Assembly: GCA_963665465.1 (NCBI GenBank) | Contig: OY762226.1 | Span: 5,713,612-5,777,611, forward strand | Length of the DNA stretch: 64,000 nt | Direction: 5' to 3' | DNA from: Vicinamibacterales bacterium | GTDB taxonomy: Bacteria > Acidobacteriota > Vicinamibacteria > Vicinamibacterales > UBA8438 | In this document: one piece after another, positions 17,017 through 25,530 of the stretch | How the letters are laid out: each line of letters opens with the position of its first letter | How positions within the stretch are numbered: position 1 is the stretch's first letter | Position numbers and translations under genes: made by a program | Notes under the pieces: generated by a model | The model's database searches: none | What the model saw: only the letters and a program-made list of their open reading frames with translations | Told to the model about the DNA's origin: nothing

Positions 17017-17542
17017 ACCAGGCTGTCGACTTGGACTCCGTCGCCCAGCGCGTCTCGCTCCAACCCCGCATGGAGCCGCGGGTCTTGATCCGCCACCCGT
17101 CAGGGGTGCGCACGAACGTGTCGAAGTAGTGACCGTGCACGAGGATCGCGGGCGGCGACTGGGTGGTGTCGAGCACCAGCCAGTAGCCCCGGCCCTTGGC
17201 TCCCTCCGGTGTGCCCTTGACCAGGATATTGATGGTCACGTGGGTGATCCCCGTGCCCTCGGCGCCCGGCCGCTGTCGGAACCGTGCGCGCAGCCCCTCT
17301 CTGCCTTCCCAGACTTCGCCGCCGCCGGTCGTGAAGACGGCGTCGTCCGCCCAGGCCGAGAGGTACAGCTCCTCGTCCTGGAAATCGAGGCCCTGGGCGT
17401 AGCGGTAGTAGAGCCGCTCGATTTCCGCGATGTCCTGACCGGTCAGCTCGTCCGAGCCGCCCCGCCCCTGGGCGTACGCCCAGCCGACGGCCGCCACGAC
17501 ACCGACGAGCACGATTGCAACGAACAGACGCCAGTTCCGCAT
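17015..17542 (-). CDS. SnoaL-like / NTF2-fold protein, copy 3
   Basis: GGGAGGA lies 7 nt upstream of ATG 17542. MRNWRLFVAIVLVGVVAAVGWAYAQ, then TGQDIAEIERLYYRYAQGLDF...YWLVLD...GHYFDTFVRTPDGWRIKTR. It is a paralog of the two + strand copies. Confidence 0.7.
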   Translation of the reverse strand: MRNWRLFVAIVLVGVVAAVGWAYAQGRGGSDELTGQDIAEIERLYYRYAQGLDFQDEELYLSAWADDAVFTTGGGEVWEGREGLRARFRQRPGAEGTGITHVTINILVKGTPEGAKGRGYWLVLDTTQSPPAILVHGHYFDTFVRTPDGWRIKTRGSMRGWSETRWATESKSTAW

Positions 17543-17689
17543 GACCATTCCTCCCGTGATGCCGGATGCTCGAGCCGGAGCCTCGCCGAACGCGGGCTCG
17601 CTGGAAGATGCGCGAGACACGGGCAGTATGCTTGCACGAAACGGGCGGCCGGGACCACTGCGCCGCGCCTCCGCCGCGGGCCGTCGTGC

Positions 17690-17695
17690 TATCGT
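17690..17695 (+). promoter_or_regulatory. -10-like hexamer TATCGT ending 7 nt before ATG 17703 (leaderless candidate)
   Basis: There is no SD between the hexamer and the start codon of P5. Confidence 0.3.
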
Positions 17696-17702
17696 TCTGC
17701 GC

Positions 17703-18758
17703 ATGCTGGAGCCACGGCGCCGCGGGGTGCGGCTGCTCGCCTGCTGGAGCGCGCTGCTCGCGGCGCTGGTCGCCGCGCCGCGTCCGTGTCAGGGACAGGT
17801 CGAATCGCGGGCTTCCGGAGACTGGGTGGCGCCGCGCACGCCGGACGGTCAGCCGGATATCCAGGGCGTCTGGACGAATGCCACGATGACGCCGCTGGAG
17901 CGGCCGGGCGACCTCGCCGGCAAGGCGTTCTTCAGCGAGTCGGAAGCGGCGGCGCTGGAGCGCGCCGCGCGAGAGCAGCGGGAGCGTGCGTTCGCGCCGG
18001 GCGCGGTCCGTGTCGAGCGCCTGCCGCCGGGCAGCCGCTTTGCCGGCTACAACGCCGCCATCTGGTCCGGCACGCGCTCGATCGCGCCGACGCGCCGCAC
18101 GTCCATGGTCGTCGACCCGCCGAGTGGCCGCGTGCTGCTGCGGCCGGAAGCGGAGGCCCGGCGCGACTACCTGCTGGCCCGCCGCACCGACAGCCACGAG
18201 CACATGAGCGTCTACACGCGCTGCATCACGCGGGGCGTGCCGGGGGCGCTGATCCCCAACTTCTACAACGCCGGCAACCTGATTCTCCAGACCCCGGGCT
18301 ACGTCGTGATCCTGACGGAGATGATCGGCGAGGCGCGCATCATTCCCCTGGACGAGCGGCCGCCGCTCGCTGCCGCCATCGGCCTGTGGATGGGCGACTC
18401 GCGCGGGCGGTGGGAAGGGCAGACGCTGGTCGTCGAGACGACGAACTTCAGCGAGAAGGGCTGGATCACGCCCAACCAGAACGCCGGCCGGATGCATGGC
18501 GTGCCGGTCACGCGCGGCCTGCGGGTGACCGAGCGGTTCACGCGCGTGAGCGAGGACGTCCTCGACTGGCGCGCCACGGTCGAGGATGCGTCCGTGTACG
18601 CGGCGCCCTGGACCCTCGAGCTCCCGCTCACGCGCGACCCTTCCTACGATCTCTACGAGTACGCCTGCCACGAGGGCAACTACGCCGTGCCCAACATCCT
18701 GCGCGGCGCCCGGGTCCAGGAGCGGAAAGCCGCTGCGGCCAGAGAGTCCGGCCGCTAG
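17703..18758 (+). CDS. Secreted protein, paralog family copy P5
   Basis: Signal MLEPRRRGVRLLACWSALLAALVAAP, then PRTPDGQPDIQGVW, TPLERP, RRTSMVVDPPSGRV, TRCITRGVPG, ILQTPGYVVILTEMIGEARIIPLDERP, GDSRGRWEGQTLVVETTNF and YEYACHEGNY. Confidence 0.8.
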   Translation: MLEPRRRGVRLLACWSALLAALVAAPRPCQGQVESRASGDWVAPRTPDGQPDIQGVWTNATMTPLERPGDLAGKAFFSESEAAALERAAREQRERAFAPGAVRVERLPPGSRFAGYNAAIWSGTRSIAPTRRTSMVVDPPSGRVLLRPEAEARRDYLLARRTDSHEHMSVYTRCITRGVPGALIPNFYNAGNLILQTPGYVVILTEMIGEARIIPLDERPPLAAAIGLWMGDSRGRWEGQTLVVETTNFSEKGWITPNQNAGRMHGVPVTRGLRVTERFTRVSEDVLDWRATVEDASVYAAPWTLELPLTRDPSYDLYEYACHEGNYAVPNILRGARVQERKAAAARESGR

Positions 18759-18800
18759 GATCGCTAGGAGGGGCGGCGGCGCTGTTTCGCGACGCGGCGG

Positions 18801-19286
18801 CTACGCGGCGGGCCAGACGCCCAGCGCCCTGCGCAGGGCGATGAGCTGTCCCACGTGATAGCCGTTGTGATCGAGCAGGATCAGCGCCGCCCGCAGCGTG
18901 TGATGGCCCTCCTTCTCGGCCGCGGGCACCGCGGAGAACAGGTCCAGACCGGAATCCTCGACGAGACGCGCCATCTGCTCGGCGGCGTCCAGCGCGCCCC
19001 GGCAGCTCGCCGACCACGCCTCCGCGGAGGGCGGCTCGGGGGTCGCGGGCCAGTAGCCCGCGGGCCAATCCCGCGCCGCGTACTCCGGATCGCGGCAGTA
19101 GGCGACGAGGTCCTCCGCCGCCAGCCGGAGGTGCTCGACCTGCTGCCAGGCAGTATGCGGGTGCCCTGCCACCGTGCGACCCGCGAGCTCCGCGGGAAGA
19201 CCGTCGAGCGCGGCGGCCAGCCCCGCCTGAGCGTGGCTCCGCCGCAACTGTTTCGCAACCGTCTCTCTCAACTGTGCAGTGCTCAT
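18801..19286 (-). CDS. DinB-family protein
   Basis: MSTAQLRETVAKQL...HTAWQQVEHLRLAAEDL...LILLDHNGYHVGQLIALRR is the DinB/DinB_2 four-helix-bundle signature. The upstream part of the 351-aa track ORF is low-complexity shadow sequence. Confidence 0.7.
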   Translation of the reverse strand: MSTAQLRETVAKQLRRSHAQAGLAAALDGLPAELAGRTVAGHPHTAWQQVEHLRLAAEDLVAYCRDPEYAARDWPAGYWPATPEPPSAEAWSASCRGALDAAEQMARLVEDSGLDLFSAVPAAEKEGHHTLRAALILLDHNGYHVGQLIALRRALGVWPAA

Positions 19287-19380
19287 GGTCGGGAGGATAT
19301 CGCAGCGGCGAGCGGGTTGCCGATCGTCAGCTGCTCGATGGCGCAGCCGCGTCTGGCCAACCCGATCTCGGCATTGCCCA

Positions 19381-19386
19381 TATAAT
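19381..19386 (+). promoter_or_regulatory. -10 hexamer TATAAT upstream of the VWA gene
   Basis: A perfect TATAAT sits in the divergent intergenic region, 36 nt before ATG 19423, which has an AAGGAG RBS. Confidence 0.4.
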
Positions 19387-19422
19387 CGGGCGGTCGAACG
19401 GCAACCCAACAAGGAGCGCGCC

Positions 19423-20316
19423 ATGACCTCCCGGCACCTGCGTCGCACCCTCGTCATCGGCTGTCTGGCCGCGATCGTCTCCGGGGCTCCGCAGGCCGCG
19501 CGGGCGGAGGACCGCCAGCTCTTCATGCTCGTGACGGACCTCTCCGACCAGCCCATGCTGGACGTCCGCGCCGACGAGGTGGACGTGCAGATGGCGGGAG
19601 CCGAATGCAGCATCAAGAACATGCACCTCGACTCGGGGCCCATGAAGGTTGCGCTGCTGGTCGACAACAGCGACGCCGCGGCCCAGTCCCTCAACCCGCT
19701 GCGCGACGGACTGAGCGCGTTCCTGGACGCCCTGCCCCCGGAGCACGAGGTCGGCCTGTTCACCATTGCGGGCCAGGCCCGCCGCCGCGTCGATTTCACG
19801 ACCGACCGCGACGAGCTGAAGGAGCGGGCAACGAGCCTCTTCGTCGACCGCAACACCGGCGTCGTCTACCTGGACGGTCTCGTCGAGACGTGGGAACGCC
19901 GCTTCGACGACGAGGACGCCTGGCCGGTCTTCGTCGTGCTGGTGTACGACGGCGCCGAGGGGAGCCGCAGCGTGCAGCAGGACGAGTTCAACGACTTCGT
20001 GATCGAGCTGCGGATGCGCGCCGCCACGGTCCACGCCGTGCTCGTCTCCACGCGCGGCGGCAACGTGCAGACCGAGGTTTCCACGTTCCTGACGCGGAAC
20101 ACCGGCGGAACCTACCGCGCGCTGGCGGCGCCGACGGCGCTGGCGAACGTCTTCGAGGAGCTCGGGACGCAGATGGGCGAGCATCATGGCGCGGTGCGGG
20201 ACCGGTATCGCGTGGTGTACGAGTGTGAGCCGGACAACGCGTCCGGCTCGATCAGTGCCGGCGTGAGCAGGCCCAACGTGCTGGTTCGGCTGTATCCCGA
20301 CCGCCGCCTGCAGTAG
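19423..20316 (+). CDS. von Willebrand factor A (VWA)-like domain protein, secreted
   Basis: AAGGAG RBS and a signal peptide. MKVALLVDNSDAAAQSLNPLRDGLSAFLDAL...VGLFTIAGQARRRVDFTTDRDEL...VFVVLVYDGAEGS follows the VWA fold pattern (DxS-type MIDAS-like start). Confidence 0.6.
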   Translation: MTSRHLRRTLVIGCLAAIVSGAPQAARAEDRQLFMLVTDLSDQPMLDVRADEVDVQMAGAECSIKNMHLDSGPMKVALLVDNSDAAAQSLNPLRDGLSAFLDALPPEHEVGLFTIAGQARRRVDFTTDRDELKERATSLFVDRNTGVVYLDGLVETWERRFDDEDAWPVFVVLVYDGAEGSRSVQQDEFNDFVIELRMRAATVHAVLVSTRGGNVQTEVSTFLTRNTGGTYRALAAPTALANVFEELGTQMGEHHGAVRDRYRVVYECEPDNASGSISAGVSRPNVLVRLYPDRRLQ

Positions 20317-20450
20317 GCGGAGGCCGGAATTCGAACGGTTCAAGCGCCCGTTCCGGGCTGCGGCTCGCCATGGATCCCGCCATGCACACGGGGGCGCGCC
20401 CGCCCGGACGGCGAGAGCGCCGCCGGCTGCCGGCGACGGGAGGATGCCTC

Positions 20451-21482
20451 ATGAGACAGTGGATTGCGATCGGCCTGCTCGCCGCGCTGGCTTCGGCCCG
20501 CGGTGGTGAGGCGGAGAGCCCGGGCGAGGCGCCGCAGGCGCCGGAAGCGGCCGTCGAAGGCTGCGAACCGGTCGGCGAGCTCCGGTTCATCTGCGACGTC
20601 ATCGGCCCGGAGGACCTGGCCGTCGTGCCGGATTCCGACTGGGTGATCGCCTCGGGCAACCAGGCGGGCGGCCGGATTCAGCTCGTCAGCGTGAGCGGCA
20701 GGACGGCGCGCGTCCTGTTTCCCGGCGCGGCTGCCGGCGAGCGGCTCGACAGCCAGGCGTACCCGACCTGTCCGGGGCCGATCGACCCGACCGAAGGCGA
20801 CGACTTCAGGGCCCACGGCCTGTACCTGAAGCCGGGTCCGGATGCCGTGCACGCGCTGTACGTCGTGCACCACGGGCTGCGGGAATCGATCGAGGTGTTC
20901 GAGCTCGACGCGGGCCCGGCGGAGCCCGTGCTGACCTGGATCGGCTGCGCCGTGGCGCCCGAGGGCGTCACCCTGAACGCGGTGGTGGCCCTGCCTGACG
21001 GCGGGTTCGCCGCGACGGCGCCGCGCATGACCGGCGAGGTGACGAGCGCCGTCTGGGAATGGCAGGCCGGCGGCGGTTGGCAGGTCGTGCCAGGCAGCGA
21101 GGACATCCGGCCCAACGGCCTGGAGATCTCCGGCGACGGCGCGTGGCTCTACGTCGCCGGCTGGCAGGACGAGCGCTTCATCCGCCTCTCGCGCGGGCGG
21201 ACGCCGGTCGAGACGGACGCCGTCCAGCTCGGTTTCCGGCCGGACAATCTGCGCATGGCGCCGGACGGGCTGGTCTACGCGGCCGGACACACCGACTTCC
21301 GGACGCCGAGCGAGGCGTCGAACGTGGCCCGCATCGATCCCGAGACGCTCGAGTTCGAGCGGATCTTCCAGCAGCCCTACCTGGAAGGCTTCGCCGCGGC
21401 GACGACGGCCGTGCCGATCGGCGGGGACATCTGGCTGGGCACGAACCGGGGCGAGATGATCGCGTACTTCCCCGCGCCGTAG
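20451..21482 (+). CDS. Six-bladed beta-propeller protein (SMP-30/gluconolactonase/paraoxonase-like), secreted
   Basis: GGGAGGA RBS precedes ATG 20451, followed by a signal peptide. Weak family resemblance only (PEDLAVVPDSDWVIASG, RPNGLEISGDGAWLYVAG, PDNLRMAPDG). Confidence 0.5.
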   Translation: MRQWIAIGLLAALASARGGEAESPGEAPQAPEAAVEGCEPVGELRFICDVIGPEDLAVVPDSDWVIASGNQAGGRIQLVSVSGRTARVLFPGAAAGERLDSQAYPTCPGPIDPTEGDDFRAHGLYLKPGPDAVHALYVVHHGLRESIEVFELDAGPAEPVLTWIGCAVAPEGVTLNAVVALPDGGFAATAPRMTGEVTSAVWEWQAGGGWQVVPGSEDIRPNGLEISGDGAWLYVAGWQDERFIRLSRGRTPVETDAVQLGFRPDNLRMAPDGLVYAAGHTDFRTPSEASNVARIDPETLEFERIFQQPYLEGFAAATTAVPIGGDIWLGTNRGEMIAYFPAP

Positions 21483-21529
21483 AGCGGAGCGAAGGGGCCC
21501 CCGCAAGCGGACGCCGGGGGTTCGGGGCA
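21483..21529 (+). repeat. Dispersed intergenic repeat, partial copy B-prime
   Basis: AGCGGAGCGAAGGGGCCCCCGCAAGCGGACGCCGGGGGTTCGGGGCA matches the core of copy B located 50 nt downstream. Confidence 0.7.
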
Positions 21530-21578
21530 AGGCCTCGTCCGTTGCAGCGCCGGCGCAGCCGGCGCAAGGCGCGCACAG

Positions 21579-21655
21579 CGCGCCTCGGCGGGAGCGGCGC
21601 GGGGCGAAGGGGCCCCCGCAAGCGGACGCCGGGGGTTCGGGGCGCAGCCCCGTCT
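21579..21655 (+). repeat. Dispersed intergenic repeat, copy B (77 bp)
   Basis: CGCGCCTCGGCGGGAGCGGCGCGGGGCGAAGGGGCCCCCGCAAGCGGACGCCGGGGGTTCGGGGCGCAGCCCCGTCT matches copy C at 74 of 77 positions. It ends 10 nt before ATG 21666. Confidence 0.85.
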
Positions 21656-21665
21656 TGATGACGCC

Positions 21666-22700
21666 ATGAAATACCGACTGATGGGCAACACGGGCGTGTA
21701 CGTATCGGAGCTGTGCCTGGGGGCGATGACCTTCGGGGCGCGCTGGGAGGCGATCGGGGCGTTGGGGCAGGCGGAGGCCGACGCGCTGGTGCACCGGTCG
21801 CTCGACGCCGGGGTCAACTTCTTCGACACCGCCGATGTCTACTCGACCGGGGAATCGGAGCAGATCCTGGGACGCGCGCTGGCCGGCAGGCGGCACGAGG
21901 TGGTCGTGGCCACCAAGGTGCGCGGGCGGATGGGACCGGGTGCCAACGACGTCGGGCTCTCGCGGCTGCACATCATCCAGGCCGCCGAGGCCAGCCTCGA
22001 GCGGCTGGGCACGGACTACATCGACCTCTACCAGATCCATCGCAGCGATGCGCTGACCGACATCGAGGAGACGCTCAGCGCGCTCACGGACCTCGTCAGG
22101 GCGGGCAAGGTGCGCTACATCGGCTGCTCGAACCTGCCCGCCTGGGAGCTGATGAAGGCGCTCGGGATCTCCCGGCAGCGCGGGCTGGAGGCGTTCAAGA
22201 CCAGCCAGTCGTACTATGCGCTGGTCGGCCGCGAGCTCGAGCGGGAGACCGTTCCGCTGCTGCGCGACCAGGGGCTCGGGCTGCTCGTGTGGAGCCCGCT
22301 GGCCGGCGGCTTCCTCACCGGCAAGTTCACGCGCTCGGGCGGAGCGACGGACGCCCGCCGCAGCACGTTCGACTTTCCGCCGATCGACAAGGAGCGGGCG
22401 TTCGACATCCTCGACGTCATGCAGCCGATCGCGGCGGCGCACGAGGCGTCGATCGCGCGCGTGGCGCTCGCCTGGCTGCTGCACAAGGACGTCGTGACCA
22501 GCGTCATCATCGGGGCCAGGCGCCGGGAGCAGCTCGAGGACAACCTCGCGGCGGTGGACCTCGAGCTGACGCCCGAGGAGCTGGCGCGGCTCGACGAGGC
22601 GAGCCGGCTGCCGATCGGCTACCCGCAGTGGATGACCGCGCTGGGCGACGATCGCGAGCCGGGCCAGTCGCGCGACCTCGAGGCGCGGCTCAAGAAGTAG
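21666..22700 (+). CDS. Aldo/keto reductase
   Basis: MKYRLMGNTGVYVSELCLGAMTFG...GVNFFDTADVYSTGESEQILGRAL...ATKV...YIDLYQIHRSD is the canonical AKR motif set. Confidence 0.9.
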   Translation: MKYRLMGNTGVYVSELCLGAMTFGARWEAIGALGQAEADALVHRSLDAGVNFFDTADVYSTGESEQILGRALAGRRHEVVVATKVRGRMGPGANDVGLSRLHIIQAAEASLERLGTDYIDLYQIHRSDALTDIEETLSALTDLVRAGKVRYIGCSNLPAWELMKALGISRQRGLEAFKTSQSYYALVGRELERETVPLLRDQGLGLLVWSPLAGGFLTGKFTRSGGATDARRSTFDFPPIDKERAFDILDVMQPIAAAHEASIARVALAWLLHKDVVTSVIIGARRREQLEDNLAAVDLELTPEELARLDEASRLPIGYPQWMTALGDDREPGQSRDLEARLKK

Positions 22701-22714
22701 GCAGGAGGAACCTC

Positions 22715-23234
22715 ATGCAAGCGACCAGGCGAGCCGCACTCGGCTTCGGCATCCTGCTGGTGGGCGCGGCGCTGCTGCGGGCCGGCGCCGCGGAATCGGA
22801 CCTGCCGGTCATGGATGGTGTCCCGACGGCCGCGCCGGAGGACGTCGGCATGTCTTCCGCGCGGCTGGCGCGTCTCGAGCGCGCGCTGCAGGCGTACGTC
22901 GACCGCAGCGAGGTGGCCGGCGCCGTCTCGCTGGTGGCGCGCAAGGGCAAGGTGGTGCACTTCTCGGCGCTCGGCGACCGGGTCGCGGGCGGCGGCGCGC
23001 CGATGACGCACGACGCCATCTTCCGCATCGCCTCGATGACGAAGCCGATCGCGTCGGTGGCGCTGATGATGCTGTACGAGGAGGGGCATTTCCAGCTTCG
23101 CGATCCGATTGCCCGCTGGCTGCCGGAGTTCGGCGCCATGCAGGTCGCCGAGCCGGCGTCCTATCAGGAGCTGGGCCGGGCGCGCTACCGGACCGTCGAG
23201 GCGGCGCAACCGATCACGGTCCAGCACCTGCTGA
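22715..23234 (+). pseudogene. Serine hydrolase / class C beta-lactamase-family gene, 5' fragment (interrupted by IS)
   Basis: AGGAGGAA RBS and a signal peptide. The SxxK motif is FRIASMTKPIASVALMML. The frame runs ...PITVQHLL and then enters the IS end. Confidence 0.85.
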
Positions 23235-23279
23235 TGGGGCGCCCCCAGTTTTCTTGGACACGGATTAAGGGAGAATCCG

Positions 23280-23717
23280 ATGTCGCAGGAGGTAGGGGGC
23301 ATGGCTGGATCGAGACGGGTGAAGGGAGCTGGGTCGGCGCCGACGGAGGGAGCCCGGAGGGCGACCGGAGTCGGCGCCGACGCGGCGGCGGTGGGGTCGG
23401 GGGCCTTGGCGCCGGGGCAACGGTGGAGCGCGAGCCGGAAACGGGACGTGGTGTTGCGGCTGCTGCGCGGCGAGCCGCTCGACGCGGTCTCGCGTGAAGT
23501 CGGGGTGGAGGTCTATCGCCTGGAGAGGTGGAAGGCGCGGGCGCTGGCCGGCCTCGAGCTGGGCCTGAAGGAGCAGGCCGGTGAGCCGCTGGCCGTGGAG
23601 CTGGATGCGGCCAAGCGGCACATCGGGGAGCTGTCGATGGAGAACGAGCTGTTGCGGTCGCGTGCCCGCGCAGCGGAGCGCCGCCTCCCTTTGGCGACGC
23701 GGAGGTCGCGACGATGA
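23280..23717 (+). CDS. IS3-family transposase OrfA (HTH / leucine-zipper)
   Basis: GGGAGAA lies upstream. RWSASRKRDVVLRLLRGEPLDAVSREVGVEVYRLERWK is followed by a coiled-coil, as in IS3 OrfA proteins. Confidence 0.85.
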   Translation: MSQEVGGMAGSRRVKGAGSAPTEGARRATGVGADAAAVGSGALAPGQRWSASRKRDVVLRLLRGEPLDAVSREVGVEVYRLERWKARALAGLELGLKEQAGEPLAVELDAAKRHIGELSMENELLRSRARAAERRLPLATRRSRR

Positions 23718-24613
23718 GCCAAACGACCTCCGCGACGACGGGGCGACGCTACGGTCTCGAGCGAGTGTGTCGAACGTGGGAGCGGTCGCGCTCGGCGCTC
23801 TACGCCAGGCGGGCTCGCGTGCAGCACCCAGCGCGGGCTGATGGCCCACGCCGCCGCGGGCCGACGCCCGCGCTGTCTGATGCGCAGTTGCTGGCGGCCG
23901 TTCGCAACGACTTGGCCCGCTCGCCGTTCCAGGGCGAGGGCCATCGCAAGGTCCACGCGCGGCTGCGGATTCTCGACGGGGTGCGGGTTTCGCGGACACG
24001 GGTGTTGCGCGTGATGCGCGCGCAGGGCCTGCTCTCGCCTCACCGCGGGCGGCAGGGTGAGCCGAAGCCGCACGACGGCACGATTGTCACCTCGGCGCCC
24101 GACGTCATGTGGGGTACCGACGGCGCGCGGGTGTTGACCGTCGACGACGGCTGGGTCTGGACCTTCGCGGCCGTCGACCACTGGAACGCCGAGTGCGTGG
24201 GCTGGCACGTGTGCAAGGTGGGGAGCCGTTTCGCGGCCCTCGAGCCGGTCGCGCAAGGGCTCCGGCGATGCTGCGGCTCGGTCGAGGCGGACGCGGCCCG
24301 CGGGCTGGCGCTCCGGATGGATCACGGCAGCCAGTATCTGTCGGACCACTTCCTCAACCAGGTCCGCTACTGGGGCATCCGCCCCAGCTTCGGCCTGCTC
24401 GAAGAGCCGGAGACCAACGGCGTCGTCGAACGCTGGAATCGCACGCTCAAGGAGCAGGTCGTCTACGGCCGGGTCTTTCGAAACCTCGCCGACGTGCGCG
24501 CCGCCGTCGCCGAGTTCGTCGAGCGCTACAACCGGTGCTGGCGCCTTGAGAAGCTCGCCTATCGCACGCCACTCGAGGCCCGCGAGGAGTACGAGCTACG
24601 CCAAGCCGCGTAG
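23714..24613 (+). CDS. IS3-family transposase OrfB (rve DDE integrase core)
   Basis: It is in the -1 frame relative to orfA, with an ATGA overlap. DDE motifs are WGTDGA, RMDHGSQY and ETNGVVERWNRTLK. Confidence 0.9.
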   Translation: MSQTTSATTGRRYGLERVCRTWERSRSALYARRARVQHPARADGPRRRGPTPALSDAQLLAAVRNDLARSPFQGEGHRKVHARLRILDGVRVSRTRVLRVMRAQGLLSPHRGRQGEPKPHDGTIVTSAPDVMWGTDGARVLTVDDGWVWTFAAVDHWNAECVGWHVCKVGSRFAALEPVAQGLRRCCGSVEADAARGLALRMDHGSQYLSDHFLNQVRYWGIRPSFGLLEEPETNGVVERWNRTLKEQVVYGRVFRNLADVRAAVAEFVERYNRCWRLEKLAYRTPLEAREEYELRQAA

Positions 24614-24648
24614 CCCAAACTTGTGTCCAAGAAACCGGGTGCGGTACA

Positions 24649-25450
24649 CCAGCACCTGCTGACGCATACGGCCGGCCTGCCCAATACGTACCGCGGGATC
24701 ACGAAGCCGGATTTCGACGCCGTCGCACCGCAGCGCGAGCCGGGGGATACCCTGGCCGCCTTCGCGGGCCGCCTCGCGCGGCTGCCGCTCAACTTCCACC
24801 CCGGCGAGCGGTGGGAGTACGGCCGGGCGACCGACCTGGTGGGGCGGCTGGTGGAGGTCATCTCGGGGCAGCGCTTCGACGAGTTCCTGCGCACGCGCCT
24901 CTTCGAGCCGCTCGAGATGACGGACACCCACTTCCACCTTCCGCGCGCGAAGCTCGACCGCTTCGCCGCGCTGTACCGGCCCGCCGGCGGGAGCGGTCTG
25001 GCGCTCACCGAGGCCCCGACCGCGGACAGCCGCTTCGTGCGGGAGCCGCACAGCTACTTCAGCGGGGCCGGCGGCCTGGTCTCGACCGCGCGCGACTACT
25101 TCCGCTTCAACCAGATGATGCTCAACGGCGGCGTGCTGGACGGCGCGCGCGTCCTGGGGCGCAAGACGGTCGAGCTGATGACCCTGAACCACACGGGCGA
25201 TCACGACATCTGGCTCGTCGGCCCGGGCTACGGCTTCGGTTTGGGCTACGCCGTCGTGCGGGATCCCGGACAGGCGGCCATGCCGTACTCCCCGGGATCC
25301 CACTTCTGGTGGGGTGCGTTCAACACCACCTTCTGGATCGATCCGCGCGAGGAGCTGACCGGCATTCTCCTGACCCAGCTGCGGCCGTACACGCACCTGA
25401 ACATCCGCCAGGACCTGGCGACGCTGACATACCAGGCGGTCGTCGACTGA
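24649..25450 (+). pseudogene. Serine hydrolase / beta-lactamase-family gene, 3' fragment
   Basis: It continues ...QHLLTHTAGLPN...WEYGRATDLVGRLVEVISGQRFDEFL...GGLVSTARDYFRF. Removing the IS and one repeat copy restores ITVQHLLTHTAGLP in frame. Confidence 0.85.
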
Positions 25451-25489
25451 CCGCGCGGGATCGGCGGGCGGCGGCGCGCCGAGTTACGG

Positions 25490-25495
25490 TAGAAT
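25490..25495 (+). promoter_or_regulatory. -10-like hexamer TAGAAT upstream of P6
   Basis: It lies 35 nt before ATG 25531, with a GAGGGGG RBS in between. Confidence 0.35.
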
Positions 25496-25530
25496 CGGGC
25501 TTTCCGGTTATCTCATCGAGGGGGCGGGCC

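Larger units (their letters stand above)
23235..24648 (+). mobile_element. IS3-family insertion sequence (1414 bp)
   Basis: Termini are 5'-TG...CA-3'. Imperfect ~27-bp inverted repeats share the core TTTCTTGGACAC. orfA and orfB are in the 0/-1 frame arrangement. The element is flanked by the direct repeat CCAGCACCTGCTGA (23221-23234 and 24649-24662). Confidence 0.9.

Noticed and set aside
18801-19856. 351-aa ORF as a long DinB-containing protein.
   Set aside because: Only the C-terminal 162 codons (from ATG 19286) resemble DinB. The upstream part is Ser/Arg-rich and lies antisense to the VWA gene and its promoter region.
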